Source: Nitrospirota bacterium | Lineage (GTDB): Bacteria; Nitrospirota; UBA9217 | Length of the DNA stretch: 64,000 nucleotides | Direction: 5' to 3' | Assembly: GCA_029858565.1 (NCBI GenBank) | Contig: JAOUEV010000003.1 | Span: 49,967-113,966 of the forward strand | Part shown: positions 1 through 9,499 of the stretch, one piece after another | Position numbering within the stretch: position 1 is the first letter of the stretch | How the letters are laid out: each line of letters begins with the position of its first letter | The notes under the pieces: model-generated | The model's input: only the letters and a program-made list of their open reading frames with translations | Databases searched by the model: none | What the model was told of the DNA's origin: nothing | Position numbers and translations under genes: made by a program

Positions 1-9
1 ACGACTTGT

Positions 10-1946
10 GTACGCCCGGCACGGGCGTGAACTAATGGGGTGCAAGTCCCCTGTACGAGAACCACAGTAGCACAAGTACCAGCCCAAGGCAAGGGCGGAA
101 GGGCGACCGACCGTCCGAAGGAAGCCTACGGCAAACGTGCGAGCCGACGAACAGAAACCGCATATAAGGCTCAGTCCCCGGGCGAGTCAGCACTACATGA
201 CGAAGCCCGCCGGTTCAGGGGATAGGGTAAATGCGGCGGTTGTGCACGGACAGTTCACGTTCTTATCCGGGGAGATCTGCACGCCATGCGATAGGACCGT
301 CATGAGAGATTCCGGATCGGGCCAACCGGTATAAGGCCCCGGCGTATCAACGGCTGTCGCTTGATACGAGTCCCTCGGGAAACACGAAACAGACAGCATC
401 TCATGATGATTCCCTATAGCGCCGTCTCTGGAAACAGAGGCGGTGTGCGCGCAGAAGTCAGCAGACGGCATAGTACCCGGAATCCGCTCCGGGGAAGGCC
501 AGAACGCGGAAAGGAGGAACGGCAGTCCATAAGCTTCGGCACGGTGATGAGTTCGTCAGGATGAGCCGCGTCCGGGCGCGTTGTGGAACAAAGCCCCCTC
601 AAATGACCACAGTGGAACAAGTAGTAAGCAGTGAGAACATGAAGCTCGCATGGCAACAGGTCAGGACGAACGCAGGAGCAGCCGGCATCGACGATATGTC
701 GATTACGGACTATCCCGTCTTCGCCCGAGCCAACTGGGCGCGGATCAAAGACTCTTTGCTGGACGGGACCTATGTTCCCGCTCCGGTCAAAAGGGTCGAA
801 ATCCCCAAAGACAACGGGGGAACCAGGCCACTCGGTATCCCCACGGTCTCCGATCGCGTGATCCAGCAGGCGATCACCCAGATACTCGTCCCCGTTTTCG
901 ATCCTCAGTTCTCGGAGTCGAGCTATGGATTCAGGCCAGGCCGTTCGGCGCACCAGGCGGTAAAGAAGGTGGTTGAGTCGATCAACCAAGGATACCATTA
1001 CGCCGTGGACATCGACCTTGCCAAGTTCTTCGACACGGTCGATCACGATGTGCTGATGCAGAGAGTCAGCCGTCGGGTAACGGACAAAGGCATTCTGAAG
1101 TTGATCGGCAAGTACCTTCGGGCCGGGGTGGTCGTAAACGGAAGGCTGAACCAGACATCCAAAGGAGTGCCGCAGGGCGGGCCGTTATCACCGCTCTTGA
1201 GTAATATCCTTTTGGACGATCTCGACAAAGAACTGGAGAAGCGAGGGCATCGGTTCTGCCGATACGCCGACGACCTCATCGTTCTGGTGAAGTCCAAGCG
1301 CAGCGGAGAGCGCGTGATGGAGAGCATCAGCCGGTTCCTTGAAAAGAAGCTCAAGGTGCAGGTCAACCGAGACAAGAGTCGAGTGGTGCGGTCCGAGAAG
1401 AGCACCTTTCTCGGGTTCACATTCACCGGCAGGAGACTGACGGTCTCGGAAAAGTCCCTCACGCGCTGCAAGAACGAGCTGCGCCGCCTTACGTGGCGCA
1501 GTTGGGGCGTTGCCATGGAATACCGGTACCGGAAAATCCGCACCTACGTGCAGGGGTGGATGAACTATTTCGGTATCGGGATGAGGTACAAGACCGCCAA
1601 CGAGTGGGATCAATGGTTCCGCCGCCGCGTTCGGATGTGCTACTGGAAACAGTGGCGCAAGACGAGGACGCGGGTCAGGGAAATGATGAAACTCGGGGTC
1701 GGTGAGCGGCACGCGGTCAAGGCCGGGATGAGCAGGAAAGCGTACTGGCATCTTGCGAAGACCGAGGCCTTGAACGTGGCATTGTCCAATCGCTATCTCA
1801 AAGAGCAGGGACTCACGTCGCTACGAACACTGTGGATCAAGATACACCACCCGGCCACGGCCCGGTGATTTCCGCGAACCGCCTAGTGCGTACCCGCATG
1901 CTAGGTGGTGTGGGGGCTGGGGGAGAGAATCCCCCGGCTACCCGAT
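10..1946 (+). mobile_element. Group II intron, class IIC, full length
   Basis: 5' end GTACGCCCGGC at 10 (GUGYG variant). Short domain V GAACCGCCTAGTGCGTACCCGCATGCTAGGTGGT (~1876-1909) with the IIC-type CGC triad. Domain VI ends CTACCCGAT at 1946. RT ORF lies inside. Exons read TTGT|intron|T. Confidence 0.9.
561..1868 (+). CDS. ltrA: Group II intron reverse transcriptase/maturase, no endonuclease domain
   Basis: Motifs GAAGID, RPLGIPTVSDRVIQQA, SYGFRPGRS, DLAKFFD, GVPQGGPLSPLL, RYADD; domain X GWMNYF and RRRVRMCYWKQW; no C-terminal HNH. True start may be 603. Confidence 0.95.
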   Translation: MSRVRARCGTKPPQMTTVEQVVSSENMKLAWQQVRTNAGAAGIDDMSITDYPVFARANWARIKDSLLDGTYVPAPVKRVEIPKDNGGTRPLGIPTVSDRVIQQAITQILVPVFDPQFSESSYGFRPGRSAHQAVKKVVESINQGYHYAVDIDLAKFFDTVDHDVLMQRVSRRVTDKGILKLIGKYLRAGVVVNGRLNQTSKGVPQGGPLSPLLSNILLDDLDKELEKRGHRFCRYADDLIVLVKSKRSGERVMESISRFLEKKLKVQVNRDKSRVVRSEKSTFLGFTFTGRRLTVSEKSLTRCKNELRRLTWRSWGVAMEYRYRKIRTYVQGWMNYFGIGMRYKTANEWDQWFRRRVRMCYWKQWRKTRTRVREMMKLGVGERHAVKAGMSRKAYWHLAKTEALNVALSNRYLKEQGLTSLRTLWIKIHHPATAR

Positions 1947-1961
1947 TGGAATTCTGCATTA

Positions 1962-2516
1962 TCAAGAGAAAGCAAAATTACCCATTGTTTGGCGAGTGAC
2001 ATTTGTAGTCACATTAATAAACAGATCCACATGAGTCGAATCTACATTTGGCTCGAGTAACTGTTCGGTTCTAACTGCAACAGCAGTTACCAAGTTGTCG
2101 TCTTCCAACAAGCAAAAAAATGGATTTTCATCCGTAGTCGGGCTTGACTCTCGTGGTAGGGCATTTTCATGCCGCGGCATTGTTAAAGCGTCAAATAGGG
2201 TCTTTAGTCTATTATCAATATCTCCACCCTGCGTAATTAAATGCCCCGGTGATTCAGGTCGCAGAAGTGTTATGGAAAGCTCAGCAACAACGTTCATTTC
2301 ATTTGTAATAAGAGGCGCAAAGATAAAAGAACCTAGTGGACGAAGCAGGGAATACTCACCTGTTCTCCTTTCACCAAGCAATCCTGGTTGATCAGAAAGA
2401 GGTGCTTGTTTCCACAGCGTTGCAAGCTGTTGATGGAAATGCCTACGCAGATCGTGCTTGTGATCTGGCTTGCCATTTGCGTTCAACTTACCACGATAGT
2501 GCAGTACAAGTTTCAT
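1962..2516 (-). CDS. Hypothetical protein, RusA-like nuclease fold
   Basis: DIDNRLKTLFDAL matches the RusA DxDNxxKxxxDAL catalytic pattern; AT-rich, cassette-like. Confidence 0.6.
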   Translation of the reverse strand: MKLVLHYRGKLNANGKPDHKHDLRRHFHQQLATLWKQAPLSDQPGLLGERRTGEYSLLRPLGSFIFAPLITNEMNVVAELSITLLRPESPGHLITQGGDIDNRLKTLFDALTMPRHENALPRESSPTTDENPFFCLLEDDNLVTAVAVRTEQLLEPNVDSTHVDLFINVTTNVTRQTMGNFAFS

Positions 2517-2588
2517 TGTTTATTTCTCTCAAACAAAATCGCCTGACGCGGTTCGGGCAATGCACTGATGCTGTGTTTGCTGGTAACT

Positions 2589-3344
2589 TTATATGCCATG
2601 CATAATTCTTGACCAGTCAATGGCTTTGCCCTGATCACGATAGCTATATCCTGTACCCGTGTATCCGCAGTCTTCACGTTGAATTACATCATGGAGCTGA
2701 TGTAGAAGTTCCACATGAGCTTTGTAGAACTTGTCAAAATCTCTGTCATCTAAGATTACCGGGCATGGCTTAGTCTGGTCAGCTTTCCATTCAACATAGT
2801 CTTTATGCAGATCAAACTTTCCGCGTATCGGAAGTGCGGTGGTCTCGTATTTCGAATTGTACAATCCGTTGTTGTGAAGATAGCAATTCCGAAACCGTCT
2901 AACGTGGTCAACGTCTCTCCTGTTTTGATCTAAACGTGCCAACATGCCCTGCGACCCGTATGTTGTTTTAGTCAGTCTGTCAAAAGCCCAGTCTAGCCGT
3001 GGCTTGTAATCGGGATTGCTGCCCTTTGCTTGATGAATATTTCTAGACTCCAATAGCTCCCAGAAATCGGCAAGGACGCCTTCGAATATCGCTGCAATTG
3101 CAATAAGGCAACTGCGGACATGGTAGTATGGGAAAGTACTTCTCATCACGGCCACTAGGGCAACGGGGTCATAAGCTCTACTCCAATCATTCGTCATTGG
3201 ATGAAGAGGAGGCAATTTAGACACAAGGTCACTATCTTTGGTGCAACTATAGGAGGCTGCGGCAAACGCAAAATAAGCCCAAACGCCATGAAGCGCATCA
3301 TCCGCTCTTTCAAATAAAACTTGGGCATCTGGGTCGAAATCCAT
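2589..3344 (-). CDS. Hypothetical protein, putative HEPN domain
   Basis: RNCYLH fits the HEPN RxxxxH motif; upstream helix AIFE; GAGGGTGAG RBS-like sequence before the ATG. Confidence 0.55.
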   Translation of the reverse strand: MDFDPDAQVLFERADDALHGVWAYFAFAAASYSCTKDSDLVSKLPPLHPMTNDWSRAYDPVALVAVMRSTFPYYHVRSCLIAIAAIFEGVLADFWELLESRNIHQAKGSNPDYKPRLDWAFDRLTKTTYGSQGMLARLDQNRRDVDHVRRFRNCYLHNNGLYNSKYETTALPIRGKFDLHKDYVEWKADQTKPCPVILDDRDFDKFYKAHVELLHQLHDVIQREDCGYTGTGYSYRDQGKAIDWSRIMHGI

Positions 3345-3364
3345 ATCTCACCCTCATCAAAACG

Positions 3365-3423
3365 GACTAATACGCGCCTGACGCGCCGCCTTCAGTTCGT
3401 CGCCGTCGAGGCGCTGGTTGTGA
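3365..3423 (-). repeat. Degenerate attC-like site (59 bp)
   Basis: Minus strand reads TCACAAC-CAGCG-CCTCGACG...CGTCAGG-CGCGT-ATTAGTC: R''/L''/L'/R' layout with one extrahelical base in L''. R' GTT appears as ATT. Confidence 0.5.
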
Positions 3424-3425
3424 TT

Positions 3426-3638
3426 AGTCGTAGGTTGGGCTGAGTTACACGAAGCCCAACACTCCTATTCGCGACCCTATCGCAGCTTCCAGTCAGGCAG
3501 GGTAAAAGCTTACCCTGCCCACAATTTCTCGAACATGATTCGTTGGGCTTCACACGAACCGTTCAGCACAACCTACGACTGATGCACTCAATAATCAATC
3601 ACGTCGGATTTCGCCTGGCTCTATCCGACCTACGACTG
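3426..3638. repeat. GTAG-family REP cluster (inverted pair 3426-3580 plus a third copy)
   Basis: AGTCGTAGGTTGGGCTGAG...GCCCAAC pairs with GTTGGGCTT...TTCAGCACAACCTACGACT; a third copy ...TCCGACCTACGACT supplies the stop codon of the adjacent gene. Confidence 0.75.
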
Positions 3639-4637
3639 GTCAATATTATCTTCCAAGTAGGTTTTGATGATTTCTTTTTTTGAAATCGGCCTCACTTGGC
3701 CTCTTTCAATAATAATGTCCATTTTTACGTGGCTGACTCCAACAGTTTCCTTCCAAGGCAATTCGAAAGTCTCACTAGTTTCCGGATTTTCAAAACGACA
3801 CTTGTCTCCCGAGATCCCATTTATCATACGGAGCCAGCTAATCACATTATTGATGGATGCTGATATCAGTAGAAGCCCATTGGCTAAATTGACTGGGTTC
3901 CAGTTATGCGCGTGCCTGCTTGGTCGGAAATTATACTTGTCGCTCGGGTCAATACGATCCGGAACAAAGTATGACGACCCATACAGACTACTTCCTATCA
4001 ATTCCATTTTTTCTGGTGCTGCCGGGACACCCGGTTTATCTTCTATTCCAAATGCTAGATGAAAGCCACCTGGCCTCACTCGGAATCCATGTTTTAATCC
4101 GTTATATTCTAAAATCATATCGGCATTGACAAAATCACTTGCAAAGTGTCGCCATAACCTCCCAAACCCAGATTGAATCCATTCTTTCTTTTCTTCATCA
4201 TATTTAAGATAGGTGTGGACAAGCTTAGCCAAATACTCCCACGTAACCGGCCGGTCCTTCATTCTTGTATAAATTGATTTATCAAGTGATATTTTTCTGA
4301 CAAGATCCACAAGATCATTATTTCGATAGCAGAGAATCCATCCAAGCGAGCACTGAGGGGCCTGTACTGCTGAACAGAGTAACGCGAATAGAGTTTCCAA
4401 ACCATGGTAATAGGCAAGTCGCAACGACAAAGCCGCCTTTTGTTTGTCTGCCCCTTCCAGATGATCTGACTGCGTCCTTACAATATAGTCGAAATAATCG
4501 GGTTCGAATCCTTCAAGAAACTCTAGATTCTTTTTCACCAATTCCATATCCCAAAAGGCAAAAGGTGTTTCATTGACTACAAACCTAATCACTTCCATAA
4601 TCATATTCCTCGTAGAGTCTGATAACGGGGTAGCCAT
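3630..4637 (-). CDS. Hypothetical protein (possible HEPN variant)
   Basis: 335 aa AT-rich ORF; YNGLKHG resembles NxxKH HEPN-variant motifs. Confidence 0.6.
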   Translation of the reverse strand: MATPLSDSTRNMIMEVIRFVVNETPFAFWDMELVKKNLEFLEGFEPDYFDYIVRTQSDHLEGADKQKAALSLRLAYYHGLETLFALLCSAVQAPQCSLGWILCYRNNDLVDLVRKISLDKSIYTRMKDRPVTWEYLAKLVHTYLKYDEEKKEWIQSGFGRLWRHFASDFVNADMILEYNGLKHGFRVRPGGFHLAFGIEDKPGVPAAPEKMELIGSSLYGSSYFVPDRIDPSDKYNFRPSRHAHNWNPVNLANGLLLISASINNVISWLRMINGISGDKCRFENPETSETFELPWKETVGVSHVKMDIIIERGQVRPISKKEIIKTYLEDNIDQS

Positions 4638-4971
4638 GGGATCGCTTTTTGATAGGCTAATTCCGGGACGTTGATGCTTTTAATGCATTGCGACCAAAAT
4701 TACGGAATGTAATCTGTATCAGCCTATCACGTTCGTCCGCTGTAGCTTACAGGAAGTTATCTTGGTTAGTGGTTCGCGACGGTTAGGAGTATATCAGAAA
4801 CCTACGAACGGATAAAGCGAAATAATGGGAGTATGCCGGGACTTCGGTCACGATCGGAGAGCTTGCATAAACGTTGAGCGCGGACTGCGGACGGTCGGGC
4901 AGGGACTGCGATTTAGCTCTTGTAAACACACGATACTATCAGGTAAAATCTTCATCGTTGGAGGGGGACCC

Positions 4972-5817
4972 ATGCGGATCGCGGGCATACAAACAGGCGC
5001 TTCTCACGACGTGGACAGGAACATCACCCACGCTGTGGAGCTTGCCGAGATAGCGGCGGAAAAAGGCGCAAAGTCCATTTGCTTCTCCGAACTGTGCCTC
5101 ACGCCGTGGTTCCTGCGGCATGAGGACAAGAAATACCTGGAGCTTGCCCGTGAGCGTTCCAGCGGCATCCTTGATCCTTTCCTGGCATCATCGCTCAAGA
5201 CCAAGACCGTCATCGTACTCCCCTTTTTCGAGAGGTATGATGGCAGGTTTTTCAGCAGCGCGGCCGTCATGGACTGCGGCGTTCTGAAGGGTGTTTACCG
5301 CAAGGTCCATATTCCCGATCTTCCCCTGTACAAGGAGCGGTTCTATCTCAGCTCCGGAGACGGCGACTTTCCGGTCTTCGAGACCTCGCACGGCAGGATC
5401 GGCGTGCAGCTCTGCTGGGACAACCTGTTCCCCGAAGGAACGCGCATCCTGGCGCTCAAGGGCGCGGATTTGGTCTTTGCTCCCACGGCCGCGTCGCAGG
5501 ATACCCATGCGCACTGGGAACGGGCGATCTCCGCGAACGCTTTTGCGAACAACCTGACCGTGTTCCGGGTGAACCGCGTGGGGACCGAGGACGGGCTTGT
5601 GTTCTACGGCAGGAGTTTCTGCGCAGGACCCTGGGGAGACATGGTCTCGGAGCTGGCAGGCAGCAAGGAGGCGATCGTGATGGCCGAGGTCGACCCTCGC
5701 GAGCGCGACACGGCGCGGGAGACCTGGGGATTCCTGAACCATCGGCAACCGTCAGCGTACAGGGATATTATCAATGACCGGCCGGGGCCGGGCGCATCAA
5801 GGGAGCAGAAGAACTGA
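4972..5817 (+). CDS. Carbon-nitrogen hydrolase family (N-carbamoylputrescine amidase-like)
   Basis: Nitrilase triad: FSEL (Glu), YRKVHIP (Lys), LCWD (Cys); GGAGGGGG RBS before ATG 4972. Confidence 0.9.
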   Translation: MRIAGIQTGASHDVDRNITHAVELAEIAAEKGAKSICFSELCLTPWFLRHEDKKYLELARERSSGILDPFLASSLKTKTVIVLPFFERYDGRFFSSAAVMDCGVLKGVYRKVHIPDLPLYKERFYLSSGDGDFPVFETSHGRIGVQLCWDNLFPEGTRILALKGADLVFAPTAASQDTHAHWERAISANAFANNLTVFRVNRVGTEDGLVFYGRSFCAGPWGDMVSELAGSKEAIVMAEVDPRERDTARETWGFLNHRQPSAYRDIINDRPGPGASREQKN

Positions 5818-5819
5818 TC

Positions 5820-6488
5820 ATGGGAAATGTCCAGCAGATAGAGTTCATGAAAGACCTTGCCCCGAGACTCCGGGGGCCTATCCTCGAGATCGGCAGCAAG
5901 CGCTATGGCGGCTACCCGATGTTCTTTGACTACCGGACCCTCTTCCCCGAGGGTACGAAGTATGTTGGCGCGGACATGGAGGCAGGCGACGGTGTCGATG
6001 CGGTTGCCGATCTGACGGAGGATATCGAGGTGATCCGTCAGAAGCTTGGTACGGCGAGCTTCCAGACCATTATCTGCTTGAGCGTAATGGAGCACGTCGG
6101 CGACATAGCGGCTTTTTCCCGCAACGTGGAAGCCTTGCTGGAGCCCGGCGGCACGCTGGTGCTCTCGGTGCCCTTTGTCTGGGAGATCCACGCGTATCCT
6201 TACGATTACTGGCGCTTCACGCCCCGCGCCATCGAATTCCTCTACCGGAACATTGCATTTGATCCCGCGATCAGCCGCCTGCATACTGACACCGGGCGGG
6301 TGGCGAGCCTGCGTGATGTCGGGGATGACATGAACCGGTTCGTGAAGATGATCTACAAGCCCGGCGGCAAGAAGACGATCGGCCAGCGGGTCCGGATCAT
6401 GGGCTACTCCCTGTTCCGCAGGATGCTCGGCCTTGGCAAGAATCCCCTCTATAACACCCATATCGAGATGGTCGGACGCAGGAAGTAG
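5820..6488 (+). CDS. Class I SAM-dependent methyltransferase
   Basis: ILEIGS motif I, SVMEHV, LEPGG, PYDYWRFT. Confidence 0.85.
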   Translation: MGNVQQIEFMKDLAPRLRGPILEIGSKRYGGYPMFFDYRTLFPEGTKYVGADMEAGDGVDAVADLTEDIEVIRQKLGTASFQTIICLSVMEHVGDIAAFSRNVEALLEPGGTLVLSVPFVWEIHAYPYDYWRFTPRAIEFLYRNIAFDPAISRLHTDTGRVASLRDVGDDMNRFVKMIYKPGGKKTIGQRVRIMGYSLFRRMLGLGKNPLYNTHIEMVGRRK

Positions 6489-6543
6489 GGTCCGCAGCAG
6501 TACACGCCTCAGCTTAATTACGGGTTTACATTCCCTCCATGCT

Positions 6544-9336
6544 ATGTTACAAATCATCATGACGCAGTTTCTCCGTCTGTGCTCCGCTCTCTGCCTTACC
6601 CTGCTGCTCCTTCCCGTCTCCGCCGCGGCCGGGGATCTCTTTGGCCTCCCCATACGATCGATCATGCATGTTGATGAAGACGGCGCGCCCTGGCCCGAGG
6701 CAGACAGTCTTCTGCCGCTTCTCATGGTCAAGCCGGGCGATCGCCTCGACGCTGAGACGGTCCGCGAAGGGATCACGAACCTCTATCTCAAGCGGCAGTT
6801 CCGGGACGTCCGGGTCGAGGCCTATGGGGAGAACGGCGGCGTGGCGCTTGTTGTACACTTGACACCAGTCACCATCGTGGACAAGATCGTTCTGCGGGGC
6901 AACCACTCCCTGTCCGATCGGGCGATCAAGGATGCCATGGCCGGCATGGTAGGCAGGGAGCTTCGCGAGGAACAGTATCCCGACATCAGGATGAGCATCC
7001 AGGCGCTTTATCAGGCTGAGGGCTTCTACGGCGTGCGCGTGAACTTCAGGTCGGAGAAAGCCTCCCGGCCCCATGCCGTGCATCTGTATGTCTATGTGAT
7101 CGAACCGAAGCGGACGGTTATCGAGAAGGTCCGTTTCAGGGGAAATACCGTGTTCGCGGAGAAGGAACTGGCTTCCGCGATGCAGAACAGGGCAGGGACA
7201 CCGCTCCTGACCAATGTCCTGTTCGAGCAGGACCTGCCCGCGATCCAGCGGATATATGCAGAGGCCGGGTACCCGGCTGCCCAGCCCGGACCGGTCAGCA
7301 TGAGCTTTAAGGAGGAGCGGGCGTTCCTGGATATCGGCGGCAGTGAGGGGCCGAAGGTGACGGTTTCCTTTGGCGGCAACCGGGTGTTCAGCGATAGAGA
7401 GCTCGGGGAGCTTCTGATACTGCGTCAGGAGCATGATGTGTCGGACACGGTGATCGAGAGCAGCGCGGAAAAGATCCGCAACGCCTACCGGGACGAAGGC
7501 TACGCCGATGTGAAGGTCGAAACAGCAAAAAGGACCGGCAGTCCGGCGGCATTGCACATTCACTTCGCGGTCACCGAAGGCCCGCGGGTGATCGTGGAAA
7601 CCGTGCGCGTGGAGGGCAACAGCAGTCTGGGCACCACGGAGATCCTCGACATCATGGAGACCAAGGGTACCCGCTGGTACCGTCGAGCAAGGCCTTTTCG
7701 CGAAGACCTGCTTGAAAAGGACCGTGATCACGTCCTGGACCGTTATAATGCCGCCGGCTTTCTCAACGCCGAGGTCAAGATTATCGTAGCGCGGTCCGCG
7801 GATGGGAAAACAGCGACCATCACGCTGAAGATCGTTGAGGGGATGAAGACCCTGGTGGGGAACATTTCCTTTGAAGGAAATGCACTTTTCCCGAGGGAAG
7901 AACTGGCCTCGATTGTGGCTGTCAAGTCCGGAATGCCCTACAGCGACCGCATGGTGGAGGAGGATAAATACCGCCTGCTGACGCGCTACGCTGCAAAAGG
8001 ATACCTCTATGCCCGGGTGGATGCGGAAAAGCGATCCGTTGCCGGAGAAGGCCAGACAGAGGTAATGGACATCCAGTTCCGCATCACCGAGGACAAGCTG
8101 GTCACGGTCGGCACGGTCATCCTTCGGGGAAACGCCTATACCCGCGACTGGGTCCTGATGCGGGAGCTGGAGCCGAAAAAAGGCGAACCTTACAGCTACG
8201 AAAAGATACTGCAGAGCCAGCAGCGGGTCTACCGGTACGGTTATTTCAGCCAGGCGCGATACGAGCCCATAAAACCCTTTGAACGGACCTACCAGAAGGA
8301 TATGCTTTTCACAGTGGAGGAGCGCCCCGCAGGCGCCGTGGAGTTCGGCGTGGGGTACGGCGACCTGGACCGCTTGCGCGGGTTCGTGGAGCTGTCCCAC
8401 CGCAACCTCTGGGGCACGGCGCGTTACGCGAGCCTGCGGCTCGAGGGAAGCGATATCCTGAAGCGCGCGGCGGCAACGTTCCAGGAGCCCTGGTTCCTGG
8501 GACATCGGCTCCAAAGCCACCTTACCCTTGCATGGTCGGACCGTAAGAACATCAACCAGGACACGCGGGACGTGAACTACCAGACCAGGAAGACCACCGC
8601 GGCCTACGGTATTGACAAGCTCTACAACGGTTTCAAGAGCTCCCTGACCTACCAGTTCGAGAACGTGGACAACTACAACGTCAAGCCCGAGGCGCAGCTC
8701 AGCTTCGAGGACAGCGGCAGGGTCCTGATCTCCAGCCTGAACCCGGCGGTCATCTGGGACCTGCGCGACGATCCTTTCAATCCTACCCGCGGCGGCATTC
8801 ACGGCATCGTGGTGAAGGAATCAATGAAGGAGCTGGGTTCCGAGGCGGTATTCACCAAGGCTTCGGTCCAGAGCTCCTGGTTCTTCGGGCTTTTCGGCAG
8901 ATCCGTTCTTGCCCTGTCGGGCCGCGCCGGAATGGCCTGGGCCCACCAGGACACCGAGGTCGTCCCCATCCACGAGCGGTTCTATCTTGGCGGCGGTACC
9001 ACGATCCGGGGCTACACGCAGGATTCCGTCGGGCCCTACATCGTTGATGCGGCAGGCGAGCGGATCCCGACCGGCGGCTCCAGCATGGCGCAATTGAACG
9101 CCGAAGTCCGGGTGAACAGTACCACCGGAGGAGGGGGGATCGTCCTTTTCACCGACGGAGGCAACGTGTGGATCGACAAGAAGATCCGGCCCGACGATCT
9201 CCGGGCATCCTACGGCATCGGTCTCCGGTACAATACGCCGGTCGGCCCGCTGCGCGTGGATTACGGCCAGAAGATCCACCGGAGGTCGGGCGAGACACCC
9301 GGGGAACTGCATTTCAATATCGGCCATGCGTTCTGA
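6544..9336 (+). CDS. BamA/TamA (Omp85) family outer-membrane assembly protein
   Basis: Signal peptide, repeated POTRA units (GN...Y..GY), ERFYLGGGTTIRGY, TPVGPLRVDYG, terminal FNIGHAF. Start 6544 or 6559. Confidence 0.9.
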   Translation: MLQIIMTQFLRLCSALCLTLLLLPVSAAAGDLFGLPIRSIMHVDEDGAPWPEADSLLPLLMVKPGDRLDAETVREGITNLYLKRQFRDVRVEAYGENGGVALVVHLTPVTIVDKIVLRGNHSLSDRAIKDAMAGMVGRELREEQYPDIRMSIQALYQAEGFYGVRVNFRSEKASRPHAVHLYVYVIEPKRTVIEKVRFRGNTVFAEKELASAMQNRAGTPLLTNVLFEQDLPAIQRIYAEAGYPAAQPGPVSMSFKEERAFLDIGGSEGPKVTVSFGGNRVFSDRELGELLILRQEHDVSDTVIESSAEKIRNAYRDEGYADVKVETAKRTGSPAALHIHFAVTEGPRVIVETVRVEGNSSLGTTEILDIMETKGTRWYRRARPFREDLLEKDRDHVLDRYNAAGFLNAEVKIIVARSADGKTATITLKIVEGMKTLVGNISFEGNALFPREELASIVAVKSGMPYSDRMVEEDKYRLLTRYAAKGYLYARVDAEKRSVAGEGQTEVMDIQFRITEDKLVTVGTVILRGNAYTRDWVLMRELEPKKGEPYSYEKILQSQQRVYRYGYFSQARYEPIKPFERTYQKDMLFTVEERPAGAVEFGVGYGDLDRLRGFVELSHRNLWGTARYASLRLEGSDILKRAAATFQEPWFLGHRLQSHLTLAWSDRKNINQDTRDVNYQTRKTTAAYGIDKLYNGFKSSLTYQFENVDNYNVKPEAQLSFEDSGRVLISSLNPAVIWDLRDDPFNPTRGGIHGIVVKESMKELGSEAVFTKASVQSSWFFGLFGRSVLALSGRAGMAWAHQDTEVVPIHERFYLGGGTTIRGYTQDSVGPYIVDAAGERIPTGGSSMAQLNAEVRVNSTTGGGGIVLFTDGGNVWIDKKIRPDDLRASYGIGLRYNTPVGPLRVDYGQKIHRRSGETPGELHFNIGHAF

Positions 9337-9499
9337 GCTAATTTCCCCTTAGAGATCACGTCATGATCCAGCTTTTCCAATCCTGGCAGTAGAGCTTCAA
9401 AAACATTGACTCCGCTCCCTTGCCCAACTGGACGTTCCTCCCAGGCGGTGGTATTATTGAGTACGCGGACCCGCTGTCCGGTCCCTTCCCTATTACAAT

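Noticed and set aside
561-1868. RT as retron, DGR or defence RT
   Set aside because: It has a maturase domain X and is embedded in a complete group II intron RNA with domains V and VI.
4825-4971. Upstream extensions of ORFs (also 6433, 37027, 44915, 56327, 58139)
   Set aside because: Better RBS or domain starts lie downstream; some extensions cross terminators or neighbouring genes.
6547-8802. Long antisense ORFs (also 25009-26661, 28900-31092, 37405-39441, 59390-61327)
   Set aside because: Shadows of well-supported genes in GC-rich DNA; no recognisable motifs.
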